A stretch of 64,000 bases of DNA, from NCBI GenBank assembly GCA_902522365.1, contig CABYVH010000001.1, positions 727 through 64,726 on the forward strand, in the 5' to 3' direction. Positions 40,724 to 51,099 of the stretch are shown in pieces. The position numbers and the translations under genes were made by a program. Under the pieces are notes generated by a model, which was not told the origin of the DNA, did no database searches, and saw only the letters and a list, made by a program, of their open reading frames with translations. The stretch's first letter is position 1; every line of letters begins with the position of its first letter. This DNA is from an uncultured Pelagibacteraceae bacterium. GTDB lineage: Bacteria; Pseudomonadota; Alphaproteobacteria; Pelagibacterales; Pelagibacteraceae.

Positions 40724-42112
40724 ATGAAATTCAGAAAAGAATATGACAGCATAGGTTCTATAAACGTACCTGTGGATAAGTATTGGGGAGCATCAACTCA
40801 AAGATCAAAAAAATACTTTGATATAGGAGATGTGTTAGTTAGACCTAAGTTAATAAAATCCATAGCTATTATAAAAAAAGCAGCTGCTATTATAAACTAT
40901 AAAAATAAAGATATTAGTTCAAAAGTTTATAAATCAATTGTACGAGCTTCTAATGAGGTAATTACAGGAAAATTAGACAATCACTTTCCTCTTAAGGTCT
41001 GGCAAACTGGATCTGGGACACAAACAAATATGAATGTTAATGAAGTTATTTCTAATAGAGCAATTGAAATACTTAAATGTAAAAAAGGTACAAAAAAACC
41101 TGTGCACCCAAACGATCATGTTAATAAATCTCAGTCTACTAATGATGTTTTTCCTACAGCAATGCATATTGCGATAGCAATGGAAACTAGAGAAAAACTA
41201 CTACCAAGTTTAGTATTATTAAATAAAGAATTGAAAAAAAAAGTAAAAGAATTTAATAAAATAGTAAAAATTGGAAGAACACACCTACAAGATGCAACTC
41301 CTTTATCATTGGGTCAAGAATTTTCAGGTTACCAATCACAATTGGAAGAAAGTATTAAAAGAATAGAATTTTCACTTAATGAAATTTATTATTTAGCACA
41401 AGGCGGCACTGCTGTTGGCACTGGTATAAATACTAAAAAAAATTTTGATAAGAGAATAGTAAATGAAATAAAAAAAATCACCAAGTTACCTTTTAAGCCA
41501 GCTAAAAATAAGTTTGCTGCACTTGCTGCTCATGATGCAATAGTAAATTATTCAGGTACCTTAAATACAACTGCAGTATGTTTAATGAAAATAGCAAATG
41601 ATATTAGATTTTTAGGTTCAGGGCCAAGAGCTGGATATGGAGAGTTGATATTGCCAGAGAATGAACCTGGATCATCAATTATGCCTGGTAAAGTAAATCC
41701 AACTCAATGTGAGGCAGTAACAATGGTTTGTGTTAAAGTAATTGGCAACCACAATGGAATAACAATGGCTGGATCACATGGTCATTTTGAACTCAACGTA
41801 TTTAAACCTTTAATAATCCATAATGTACTTCAATCAATTCAAATTCTTTCAGATAGCACAAGAAGTTTCGCAAAATATTGCATCTCAGGACTAAAAGCTG
41901 ATAAAAATAGAATTAAACATTTAGTAGATAACTCTTTGATGTTAGTAACTGCCTTATCTCCAAAGATTGGCTACGATAATGCTGCAAAGATTGCTAAAAA
42001 TGCATTAAAAAATAAAACTACTTTAAAAGCTGAAGCACTGAAAACAGGGTTAATAAATGAGAAAGAGTACAATAAAATTGTTGATCCTAACAAAATGATA
42101 AAACCAGATTAA
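40724..42112 (+). CDS. fumC: Class II fumarate hydratase
   Basis: Motifs [37 protein letters not shown]. Confidence 0.98.
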   Translation: MKFRKEYDSIGSINVPVDKYWGASTQRSKKYFDIGDVLVRPKLIKSIAIIKKAAAIINYKNKDISSKVYKSIVRASNEVITGKLDNHFPLKVWQTGSGTQTNMNVNEVISNRAIEILKCKKGTKKPVHPNDHVNKSQSTNDVFPTAMHIAIAMETREKLLPSLVLLNKELKKKVKEFNKIVKIGRTHLQDATPLSLGQEFSGYQSQLEESIKRIEFSLNEIYYLAQGGTAVGTGINTKKNFDKRIVNEIKKITKLPFKPAKNKFAALAAHDAIVNYSGTLNTTAVCLMKIANDIRFLGSGPRAGYGELILPENEPGSSIMPGKVNPTQCEAVTMVCVKVIGNHNGITMAGSHGHFELNVFKPLIIHNVLQSIQILSDSTRSFAKYCISGLKADKNRIKHLVDNSLMLVTALSPKIGYDNAAKIAKNALKNKTTLKAEALKTGLINEKEYNKIVDPNKMIKPD

Positions 42113-43482
42113 CTATTTATAATATTTTTAACTAAAGATTTAAGCTCTTGAGAATTCCTAATGTTATATCTAGTCTTATCACTTTTTTTATCTTTATATG
42201 CTGTTTGATTAATTTTTATATCAAATATTGATATTATTCCGGATCTAATATTTTTCTCAATTTTAAAATACATCACATTTATATCCTTCACTTTGTCTAA
42301 CTTTACTTGAAATTTTTTAGCAAACTCTTTTTTATTTTTTATTTTTAATAAATTTGATGAATGAAATATTATATCACCACTTTCTTCTTTGTATTTTATT
42401 TTAGTTTCAATTTGGCCAATTTCACCAATATTGAAAAAAACTTCACTTAAATTAGTAGTTTTTTGGCTTATATTTAAACTTATTTTACCGCTTCTTAAAA
42501 GTTCGTGCTCGATATTATTTAAAATGAATTTGATATCTCCATTTACATTACCTAATAAATCAGGTTTTAAGTTTAATATATAAAATATTAATTCATCTAC
42601 CAAAAAATTTATATTTTGCTTATTCAAAATAATATTCGAATTGAGATAAAAAGGAGATAACTCAATTGTTGTATCAATTTTTATGTCATTATTATTTTGT
42701 AGAGATTTTAAGGAAATAATATTATTTTTTAATTGATATCCTATTTCAATATTCTGATTTAGAAAATTAAGCGAAGTTATACCTTCAAAACTAGAATTAT
42801 CGTCATAGTTTAATTGATTTTTTATCAAAATATTTGGTTCTTTAAAATCTATTTCTATTTGTGAATTCATTTGAGAATTATATTTTTTTTTCCAAAATGA
42901 TTTAAAATTTAAGTCAAATAAATTGCCTTTAATATTTAATTTTTTAAAATCATCTTTTCGAGATGTAGTAAAATTAATTTTTTCTATTGGGGATATAATT
43001 AAAGTCTCATCATTTTCATCTATTATAAATACTTTACTTTTTTTAATATATAGTGGTTTACTTTCACTATTATGAAAATATTTTCTTAAAATATTATATT
43101 CTTTTTTTTTTATTAAAAAATTTGTATTTATTATTTCAAATTTTTCAAAATTAATTTTAGATTTTGGATATAAGCTATTAGAGCTAATAAAAACTTTTAA
43201 GTTTTTTATATCAAATGAAGTACTTTCATTATTGTTTTCATCTATTGATAATGATGAATCACTAATTAATAAATGGGGCTTTGGAAGTAATTGATACTTT
43301 ATGTCACCATTTATATTTAAGTTAATATTAAAATCAGAAGAAAACTTACTTTCAATGATGTTTTCTATACTTTTATAATTAAATAAAACTGGTATTGATA
43401 AATAAATGCCAAATAAAAAACACAATGTAACTAATAAAAAAATGAATTTAGTAAATATAGTTACTTTCAATTTTTCTATCAT
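42109..43482 (-). CDS. AsmA-like inner-membrane-anchored periplasmic protein
   Basis: N-terminal TM, then LSIP.LFNY...[15 protein letters not shown] typical of the AsmA N-terminus; beta-rich body. Confidence 0.55.
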   Translation of the reverse strand: MIEKLKVTIFTKFIFLLVTLCFLFGIYLSIPVLFNYKSIENIIESKFSSDFNINLNINGDIKYQLLPKPHLLISDSSLSIDENNNESTSFDIKNLKVFISSNSLYPKSKINFEKFEIINTNFLIKKKEYNILRKYFHNSESKPLYIKKSKVFIIDENDETLIISPIEKINFTTSRKDDFKKLNIKGNLFDLNFKSFWKKKYNSQMNSQIEIDFKEPNILIKNQLNYDDNSSFEGITSLNFLNQNIEIGYQLKNNIISLKSLQNNNDIKIDTTIELSPFYLNSNIILNKQNINFLVDELIFYILNLKPDLLGNVNGDIKFILNNIEHELLRSGKISLNISQKTTNLSEVFFNIGEIGQIETKIKYKEESGDIIFHSSNLLKIKNKKEFAKKFQVKLDKVKDINVMYFKIEKNIRSGIISIFDIKINQTAYKDKKSDKTRYNIRNSQELKSLVKNIINS

Positions 43483-43518
43483 TAAACCAATATCGCTTAA
43501 AATGAAAAAAAATAAACG

Positions 43519-45546
43519 ATGAATTTGGATTATTTAACAAACCTTAATGAAAGACAGGAGGAAGCTGTTCTGCATTTAAACGGACCTCTTTTGATCGTTG
43601 CAGGAGCAGGCTCAGGAAAAACCAGAGTTCTTACAGCTAGAATTGCCCATATTGTCAAAAAACATAAGGCATTTCCCAATCAGGTCTTAGCAGTAACATT
43701 TACAAACAAAGCTGCAAAAGAAATGCAATTAAGAGTTTCTAAATTCTTAAGAAAAGAGGCAACTGGTCTTCCATGGTTAGGGACTTTTCATTCAATTAGT
43801 GCGAAAATATTAAGAAAACATGCAGAAGCAGCTGGATTAAAATCTAATTTTTCTATTATTGATCAAGATGACCAGGTAAGATTGATAAAAAATATTTGTA
43901 AATCTGAAAATATAGATACAAAAAAAATATCCCCAAAATATATCTTAGCAGTCATTGATAAATGGAAGAATAAAGGGTTTTACCCTGAAGAAGTTGTGCT
44001 CAAACGTAAAGACATATTAGAAAAAAGTTTTCTTGGAATTTATAAAATTTATCAACAAAAATTAATAGATTTAAATGCTGCTGATTTCAGTGACTTAATA
44101 CTTCATACAGTTAAAATTTTTGAAAAACATAGTGATATATCAAAAATGTATTCAAAAAAGTTTAAGTATATTTTAGTTGATGAATATCAGGATACAAACT
44201 TTATCCAAAGCGAATGGCTTAAATATCTTGCAAAACATAATCAAAATATTTGCTGTGTGGGAGATGATGATCAGTCAATATATAGTTGGAGGGGAGCAGA
44301 AATTAAAAATTTTCTACAATTTGAAAATGTTTATGAAAATACAAAAATAATAAGATTAGAAAAAAATTATAGATCTACTCAAAATATTTTAAATGTAGCA
44401 TCAAATATTATTGAAAATAATCAAAATAGGGTTGGAAAAAAACTTTTTACAGATCAAGAAGATGGTGAACTTGTGACTTTAAACTGTTTTAGAAATGTGA
44501 AAGATGAGGCAACTGAAATTGGTTTTAATATTGAAGATTTTAAAAATAAATTTTCATTTAATGAAGTTGCAATTCTAGTAAGAGCTATTTTTCAAACTAG
44601 AGAATTTGAAGAAAGATTTTTAAAAATTGGTATTCCATATAGAATTATTGGTGGTATTAAATTTTATGAAAGAGCTGAAGTTAAGGATTGTGTTGCATAT
44701 TTAAAAACAGTTTTTCAACCTCAGGATGACTTAGCCTTTGAGAGAATTTTAAATGTTCCAAAAAGATCTATTGGGGATACTACTGTAAAGGCTATTAATA
44801 ATTTTGCAAAATTAAATAAATGCTCATTAGAAGTTGCCTCAAAACATTTAATTGAACAAAACAAAATCAAACCCAAAACAAAATTAGGTTTAAATTCTCT
44901 CCTAAATCTTTTAGCTAAATGGAGAAATGATTTAAGAAGTAAAATAAATCACAACAAGCTATTACAAACAATTCTTGATGAGTCTGGATATAGTGAAATG
45001 CTTAAAAATAAAAAAGATTTAGAAAATGAAAATAGATTGGAAAATATAAAAGAATTATTAAATGCAATGAAAGAATTTGATAATTTAGAGAGTTTTTTAG
45101 AACATGTCGCTCTTGCAACCTCCTTGGACCAGGATTGGCAGAGTGAAAAAGTTAATTTAATGACGATACACGCATCTAAAGGGTTAGAATTTGATGTCGT
45201 ATTCTTACCTGGTTGGGAAGAAGGTTTATTTCCACATCAGAAAAGTATTGAGGAAAAAGGCGAAAGTGGACTAGAAGAAGAAAGAAGATTAGCTTATGTT
45301 GCTATTACTAGGGCAAAAAAGCTTGCTAAAATATCATTTTCTATGAATAGATTTTATCAAGGAGACTGGATAGACAGTATGGCATCAAGGTTTGTGGATG
45401 AGCTACCAGATGAATATATTAAAAAAAATAATAATTTTGTTGATGAAAAAGAAGAAGATTTTGAATTTAACCAAGATATAGATTTTGATAGTGATAGCGA
45501 AATTAGGAGTCCTGGTTGGATAAGATATCAAAAAAAATTAAAATGA
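43519..45546 (+). CDS. uvrD: UvrD/PcrA SF1 DNA helicase
   Basis: Motifs AGAGSGKT, TFTNKAA, VDEYQDTN, GDDDQSIY, NYRST, TIHASKGLEF, EERRLAYVAITRA. Confidence 0.96.
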   Translation: MNLDYLTNLNERQEEAVLHLNGPLLIVAGAGSGKTRVLTARIAHIVKKHKAFPNQVLAVTFTNKAAKEMQLRVSKFLRKEATGLPWLGTFHSISAKILRKHAEAAGLKSNFSIIDQDDQVRLIKNICKSENIDTKKISPKYILAVIDKWKNKGFYPEEVVLKRKDILEKSFLGIYKIYQQKLIDLNAADFSDLILHTVKIFEKHSDISKMYSKKFKYILVDEYQDTNFIQSEWLKYLAKHNQNICCVGDDDQSIYSWRGAEIKNFLQFENVYENTKIIRLEKNYRSTQNILNVASNIIENNQNRVGKKLFTDQEDGELVTLNCFRNVKDEATEIGFNIEDFKNKFSFNEVAILVRAIFQTREFEERFLKIGIPYRIIGGIKFYERAEVKDCVAYLKTVFQPQDDLAFERILNVPKRSIGDTTVKAINNFAKLNKCSLEVASKHLIEQNKIKPKTKLGLNSLLNLLAKWRNDLRSKINHNKLLQTILDESGYSEMLKNKKDLENENRLENIKELLNAMKEFDNLESFLEHVALATSLDQDWQSEKVNLMTIHASKGLEFDVVFLPGWEEGLFPHQKSIEEKGESGLEEERRLAYVAITRAKKLAKISFSMNRFYQGDWIDSMASRFVDELPDEYIKKNNNFVDEKEEDFEFNQDIDFDSDSEIRSPGWIRYQKKLK

Positions 45547-47222
45547 GTGCTGAAATAAATAATATTATTTTTTCAAATAATTTAGATGGATATATCTTAC
45601 CAAAAAATGATAATTATTTTACTGAATATTCTAAATTAAATAATCTAAAATCGATTACAAAATTCTCAGGGTCTGCAGGCTTTGCAATTTTTTTGAAAAA
45701 TAAAAAATATTTATTTGTTGATGGTAGATACACTATTCAAGCAGAAAAAGAATCAGGTAAAAAATTTAAAATTTGCGAAATTCCATATGTGTGGCCTAAA
45801 GATATTTTAAAGAAGCAAATTAAAATTGGATATGATCCAGATCTTTTTACTTGGTCAACTCTAAGAAAATATTTTGGAGAAAATTACAACTTAGTTCCTA
45901 TAAATATTAAGTTTAAAAATAAAAATAAGACTGAAAATGATTATCCATTTTTTAGCTTGGATCCTGTTGTAGCAGGTGAAAATGAAAATAGAAAAATTGA
46001 TCGATTAATTCTAATTATGAAAAAAAAGAAAATTGATTATACATTTATTAGTTCAGGTGAAAATATTTGTTGGCTTCTTAATATCAGGGGTAGAGATCTT
46101 CCAAATTCTCCTGTTGCTAATTGTAAAATGATCATTACAAAAGATAGAAAAATCTATTTTTTTTCAAATCAAAATAAAATTAAAAAAATAAAATTAAGTC
46201 TCAAAAAATTGAACATATATTTTTTAGAAGAAAAAAAAATTTTAAATTGTTTGGTCAGATTGAAAAATGGGAATTTTTGCATTGATGGTACGACTTGTTC
46301 AATTTTTGAAGAAAGATTAATTAGCAGTAAATTCAAGATAATCAACCAAGAAGACCCAATTTATAATTTAAAATCAATAAAAAATAAAATTGAAATTAAA
46401 AATATGGTTAATGCACATATTGAGGATGGCGTTGCTTTAACAAAATTCTTATATTGGATTAAAAATTTTAAAATAAATAATCTTACAGAGAAAACAATTG
46501 AAAGAAAATTAGAGAGTTTTAGAAAAAGTAGAAAAAACTACTTGTACCCAAGCTTTGATACAATTGCTGGATCTGGACCAAATGGAGCAATTATTCATTA
46601 TAGATCCGATAATTTTTCAAACAGAAAATTAAGGAAGAATGATTTACTGCTACTTGATTCTGGTGGTCAGTATAAGTGGGGAACAACAGATGTAACAAGG
46701 ACAGTATGTTTTTCTAAGATCTCAAATAAAGTTAAAGATATATTTACTAGGGTTTTGAAAGGTCATATTGCAGTTGCCTTAACAAATATAAATAAAGAGA
46801 AAAATGGCCATAATATTGATAAGATTGCTAGAAAGAGCCTCAATTCTGTTGGTCTTGATTATCGTCATGGAACTGGTCATGGAGTTGGGGCATTTCTTAA
46901 TGTTCATGAAGGACCACAAGGAATATCAAAAAATAATTATGTAAAACTAAAAGAAGGAATGATTTTAAGTAATGAACCCGGTTTTTATAAAAAAAAAGAA
47001 TTTGGAATTAGAATTGAAAATTTAGTTTTTATTAAAAAAGTTAAGTCTAAGCTTTTATTTGAAAACCTAACAATGGCACCTATAGATACTGACCTAATTA
47101 ACTTTAAAATGCTTAATATAAAGGAAAAGAATTATTTATTTAAATATCACTTTGATGTGTACAATAATATTTCACCATTTTTAAATAAAACTGAAAAAAA
47201 ATGGTTATCTAAGCTAATTTAG
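45543..47222 (+). CDS. Xaa-Pro aminopeptidase (M24B)
   Basis: Motifs DGRYTIQA, GAIIHY, DSGGQY..GTTDVTRT, HGTGHGVG..LNVHEGP, SNEPG, GIRIEN. ATGA overlap with uvrD. Confidence 0.93.
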   Translation: MSAEINNIIFSNNLDGYILPKNDNYFTEYSKLNNLKSITKFSGSAGFAIFLKNKKYLFVDGRYTIQAEKESGKKFKICEIPYVWPKDILKKQIKIGYDPDLFTWSTLRKYFGENYNLVPINIKFKNKNKTENDYPFFSLDPVVAGENENRKIDRLILIMKKKKIDYTFISSGENICWLLNIRGRDLPNSPVANCKMIITKDRKIYFFSNQNKIKKIKLSLKKLNIYFLEEKKILNCLVRLKNGNFCIDGTTCSIFEERLISSKFKIINQEDPIYNLKSIKNKIEIKNMVNAHIEDGVALTKFLYWIKNFKINNLTEKTIERKLESFRKSRKNYLYPSFDTIAGSGPNGAIIHYRSDNFSNRKLRKNDLLLLDSGGQYKWGTTDVTRTVCFSKISNKVKDIFTRVLKGHIAVALTNINKEKNGHNIDKIARKSLNSVGLDYRHGTGHGVGAFLNVHEGPQGISKNNYVKLKEGMILSNEPGFYKKKEFGIRIENLVFIKKVKSKLLFENLTMAPIDTDLINFKMLNIKEKNYLFKYHFDVYNNISPFLNKTEKKWLSKLI

Positions 47223-49226
47223 TAATTTAAGCCATTCTTTTTGAGATAGTATTTTTATTCCCAATTCTTTAGCTTCTTGAACTTTTCGGTTTGTTGGTTT
47301 TTCACCTATTATTAAATATTTTAATTTTTTATTAACTGAGCTTACAACAGAACCTGAATTCTCTTCGATTAATGATTTTGCCTCAGCTCTACTCATATTT
47401 GATAATTTTCCTGTAAACATAAATGTATTATATAATAGTTTACCTTCTTTATTTAATTTAATATCAGAAATATTTAAGAGAGATGACAACTTTTCAACTA
47501 TTTTATAGTTAGATTTATTTTCAAAAAACTTTTTTAATGAATTTATTTGAGTTTCTCCTATTCCATCTATATTTAAAAATTCATTTAATTTATTTTTATT
47601 TACTAAAATTATAAAATTTTTTATCGACTTTACATGTTCTGCCAAAAGTTTTGCATTTTCAATTCCAATATGTCTTATCCCGATAGCATACAAAAATTTG
47701 TCTAAAGAAACTTTTTTTGATTGATCTACAGAATATTTTAAGTTTGAAACTGATAGATCTCCCCAGCCTTCTAGATTTGATATTTTATTATAATCTAAAT
47801 TATATATATCTTGCGGAAATCTAATTAATTTTAGATCCCAAAAATTTTCTACAACTTTTTTTCCAAGTCCATCAATATTCATTGCATCTTTAGAAATAAA
47901 GTGTTTAATTTTTTCAATTGCAATTTTTTCACAATCATAACCTTCATTTGTACATCTTCTTACAGCATCATGTTTTTTTGTTGTTTTATTAAATTCTTTT
48001 ATTGTTTCTGAACCACAAGAAGGACAATTATTAGGAAAAATAAATTTTTTTGAATTTCTTCCTCTTTTTTTTAAATCAACTAAAACAACATGAGGGATTA
48101 CATCGCCCGCTCTCTCAATTTTTATAGTATCGCCAAGTCTTATATCTTTTCTAATTATTTCATCTTCATTATGAAGTGTTGCATTGGAAACTACTACACC
48201 CCCAATATTTACTGGCTTAATTCTTGCTACTGGAGTTAATGCTCCAGTTCTTCCAACTTGAATATTTATGTCTTTTATTTGAGAATATGCACTGTCTGCA
48301 GAAAATTTATGAGCTATAGCCCACCTTGGAGAATTCGCAGTAAAACCTAACCTTTTTTGGAGTTCTAAACTATTTATTTTATAAACTAGACCATCTACAT
48401 CATATTCTAGTTCAAATCTATCTCTTTCAAATTTTCTATGGAAATTCACTAAATCATAAATAGTTTTTAAAACTTTGTTGTGTTTATTAATTTTAAATCC
48501 CCATTTTTGTAATGAGCTCAAAAAATCCGATTGTTTCTTTATTTTTTTACTTTCAAAAAAGCCATAGGTATAGGCTACAAAGTTTAATGGTATTTTTTTT
48601 GTTTGTTCAGGATTTTTTTGTCTTAGAGAACCAGAGGCCGCATTTCTAGGATTTGCAAAAGCATTTTTTAATTTATTAAAATCATTTTTTTTTATAAAAA
48701 CTTCTCCCCTTATGTCAATATCTTTTGGGAAATCTTTACTTGATATTTTTTGTGGTATATCTTTAATAGTTTTTAAATTTTCAGTAATTACTTCCCCCGT
48801 AGAACCATCACCTCTAGAAGTTCCTAAAACTAGAAATCCGTCTTTATAAGTTAATGAGGCTGAAATTCCATCTATTTTAGGTTCAACGCTATACTCAAAT
48901 TTAACTTTTTTATTTAAATAGTTAAATATTTTTTTTTCAAAGTTTTTTAAATCTTCAATATCAAAAGCATTTGATAATGACAACATTTTAACTCTATGGC
49001 TTGATTTTTGAAAATTTTTTGAGGGAGCAAATCCTAACGAGCTTGATGGAGAAAAATCACTTTTAAGATATGGAAATTTTCTTTCCAAATTCTGGATTTC
49101 TATTTTTATAATATCGTAATCTTTATCTGATATTTCAGGTGAACTATTTTCAAAATATAATTTATTATGTTTTTTTAATTCATTTATTTTTTTTATATAA
49201 TCTTTTTTTATCTCACTTTCTTTCAT
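47214..49226 (-). CDS. ligA: NAD-dependent DNA ligase
   Basis: Motifs MLSL, EPKIDG, NPRNAASGSLRQ, VGRTG, ATLHN, CPSC; BRCT domain. Confidence 0.97.
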   Translation of the reverse strand: MKESEIKKDYIKKINELKKHNKLYFENSSPEISDKDYDIIKIEIQNLERKFPYLKSDFSPSSSLGFAPSKNFQKSSHRVKMLSLSNAFDIEDLKNFEKKIFNYLNKKVKFEYSVEPKIDGISASLTYKDGFLVLGTSRGDGSTGEVITENLKTIKDIPQKISSKDFPKDIDIRGEVFIKKNDFNKLKNAFANPRNAASGSLRQKNPEQTKKIPLNFVAYTYGFFESKKIKKQSDFLSSLQKWGFKINKHNKVLKTIYDLVNFHRKFERDRFELEYDVDGLVYKINSLELQKRLGFTANSPRWAIAHKFSADSAYSQIKDINIQVGRTGALTPVARIKPVNIGGVVVSNATLHNEDEIIRKDIRLGDTIKIERAGDVIPHVVLVDLKKRGRNSKKFIFPNNCPSCGSETIKEFNKTTKKHDAVRRCTNEGYDCEKIAIEKIKHFISKDAMNIDGLGKKVVENFWDLKLIRFPQDIYNLDYNKISNLEGWGDLSVSNLKYSVDQSKKVSLDKFLYAIGIRHIGIENAKLLAEHVKSIKNFIILVNKNKLNEFLNIDGIGETQINSLKKFFENKSNYKIVEKLSSLLNISDIKLNKEGKLLYNTFMFTGKLSNMSRAEAKSLIEENSGSVVSSVNKKLKYLIIGEKPTNRKVQEAKELGIKILSQKEWLKLLN

Positions 49227-49235
49227 TTTATATTA

Positions 49236-50075
49236 TTATTTTAATAAATCTTTAAATTTTTTAAGTAAAGATTTTTGATTTTCAACGTCTTTATCAATCA
49301 AAGTTTTTTGATTTTTTTTATTTAAAATTTTATAAGAAAGGTCATACCAATCGCTTGATTGATAGTTGTATCCGAGTAAAACTGAATATTTCATCGCCTC
49401 TTCTTCAAGACCTAATTTATAATTTAACTCTACAAGTCTGTATAAAGCTTCCTCTATAAAGATAGTTGTATCATATTCATTTACAATTTTTTTATATCTA
49501 TTGATTGCAGGTATCCATTTTTCTCTGTCTAAATAATAGTTAGCTAAGTACAATTCTTTTGAAGCAAGAATTTCATGAATTAATTCTAATTTGAATTTTG
49601 CATCTTCAGCAAATTCAGTATCAGGATATTCTTTGACTAACAAAGTTAAATACTGTCTTGCTTTAATTATTTCTCCTAAATCTTTTTTTTCATTTTGTAT
49701 CTGGTTATAATGACAAATAGCTAATAAATAATATGCATAATCAGTATCTGGGTGATTGCTATATTTACTTAAAAATCTCTCTAATTCGTAAATTGCATCA
49801 TTAAAATATAGCTGAGAGTAATATGCATATGCAGCCATAAGGTTTGATCTTGGTGCCCATACAGATTGAGGGTATATAAGCTCAACCTCATTAAATTTTT
49901 TAGCAGCAAAAAAAATATCTCCTTTATTGAGCTCTTCAAGACCTTCGTTATAAGCCTCTATCATTTGCATTTCTAGATTATTTTCTTTTACTACTGAGAT
50001 TTTTGTTTTTTTTTCAGCACAGGAGATTGAAAAAATTATTATGGAAAAGCATATTAAAAAATTAATACATTTCAT
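49236..50075 (-). CDS. bamD: Outer membrane assembly lipoprotein BamD
   Basis: Lipobox SISC; TPRs (YPQSVWA, HPDTDYAYY, EEALYRLVE); syntenic after lpxC. Confidence 0.92.
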   Translation of the reverse strand: MKCINFLICFSIIIFSISCAEKKTKISVVKENNLEMQMIEAYNEGLEELNKGDIFFAAKKFNEVELIYPQSVWAPRSNLMAAYAYYSQLYFNDAIYELERFLSKYSNHPDTDYAYYLLAICHYNQIQNEKKDLGEIIKARQYLTLLVKEYPDTEFAEDAKFKLELIHEILASKELYLANYYLDREKWIPAINRYKKIVNEYDTTIFIEEALYRLVELNYKLGLEEEAMKYSVLLGYNYQSSDWYDLSYKILNKKNQKTLIDKDVENQKSLLKKFKDLLK

Positions 50076-50113
50076 TTGAGAACTTTATCAGAAAATTTAT
50101 AAAATTCTAATTT

Positions 50114-51037
50114 TTATGCAATAGATTTTAAATTATGACGATTATTTATTAAGGAGTGGGGTAAATTTTTTCCTTTAATTTCAATTAAAGAGTAGTTTCT
50201 ATTATCACTAAAAATTTTTCTAAGAAGTTTATTCGTTAAATTATGACCACCATGTCTACACTTAAGTGATCCGATCAATCTATATCCAACAAGATAAAGG
50301 TCTCCTATGCAATCAAGAATTTTATGATTTACAAATTCATTTTTATTTCTTAAGCCCTCTTTATTTAATATTTTGTCCCCTTTTACAACAATTGCATTCT
50401 CTAAGGATCCACCTTTTCCTAAACCTAATTTCTTTAATTTTTCAATATCTTCATACAAACAGAATGTTCTAGAATTAAATACTTCTTCAAGTTTGTCCTC
50501 GAATACATTTATTTTATTTTTTTGGTTTTTAATAAGATGATTTTGATAGTTTATTTCAAATTCAATCTCTAAAGTAGTATTTGACTTCTCTATTGAGATA
50601 AACTTATTTTCCTCTTCTATGCTAACATTATTATTAATCTTAATTAATTTAATTGGAACATCGCTATTTTGAAGTCCTATTTCTCTAAGTATTTTTACAA
50701 AATCTTTTGCTGAGCCATCAAGTATTGGTATTTCTTGTGAATCAATTTCCACAATTGCATTATCTATACCTAAACCTAAAAAAGCTGCCATAAGATGCTC
50801 TATTGTTGAAACTTTTACACCAAAATCATTTGATATTGTGGTGCATAATGTTGCTTCACTAACATTTTCGAAATTTGGAACTACAATATTGTTATATTTT
50901 AAATCTATTCTTTTAAAAACTATTCCTGTGTTTGGAGATGATGGTAAAATGCTAATATTAACTTTGTTACCAGTGTGAACTCCAATGCCAAAAAAAGACA
51001 CCTTTTTAGCTACTGTTGATTGAGTTAGTATTGACAT
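50114..51037 (-). CDS. lpxC: UDP-3-O-acyl-GlcNAc deacetylase
   Basis: Motifs GIGVHTG, STIEHLMAA, PILDGSA, SRTF, HKILDCIGD, GGH. Confidence 0.96.
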   Translation of the reverse strand: MSILTQSTVAKKVSFFGIGVHTGNKVNISILPSSPNTGIVFKRIDLKYNNIVVPNFENVSEATLCTTISNDFGVKVSTIEHLMAAFLGLGIDNAIVEIDSQEIPILDGSAKDFVKILREIGLQNSDVPIKLIKINNNVSIEEENKFISIEKSNTTLEIEFEINYQNHLIKNQKNKINVFEDKLEEVFNSRTFCLYEDIEKLKKLGLGKGGSLENAIVVKGDKILNKEGLRNKNEFVNHKILDCIGDLYLVGYRLIGSLKCRHGGHNLTNKLLRKIFSDNRNYSLIEIKGKNLPHSLINNRHNLKSIA

Positions 51038-51099
51038 CGTTAAAATATATAAAAATAGTAAGCAATTTAGTATTCAAGTAATGTTACGAGAAAATACAA

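Noticed and set aside
40771-40779. Perfect DnaA box TGTGGATAA inside fumC
   Set aside because: An isolated single copy in coding sequence, compatible with chance.
51038-51099. ftsZ pseudogene remnant in the ftsA-lpxC gap
   Set aside because: 62 bp of AT-rich sequence with no recognisable FtsZ-coding trace.
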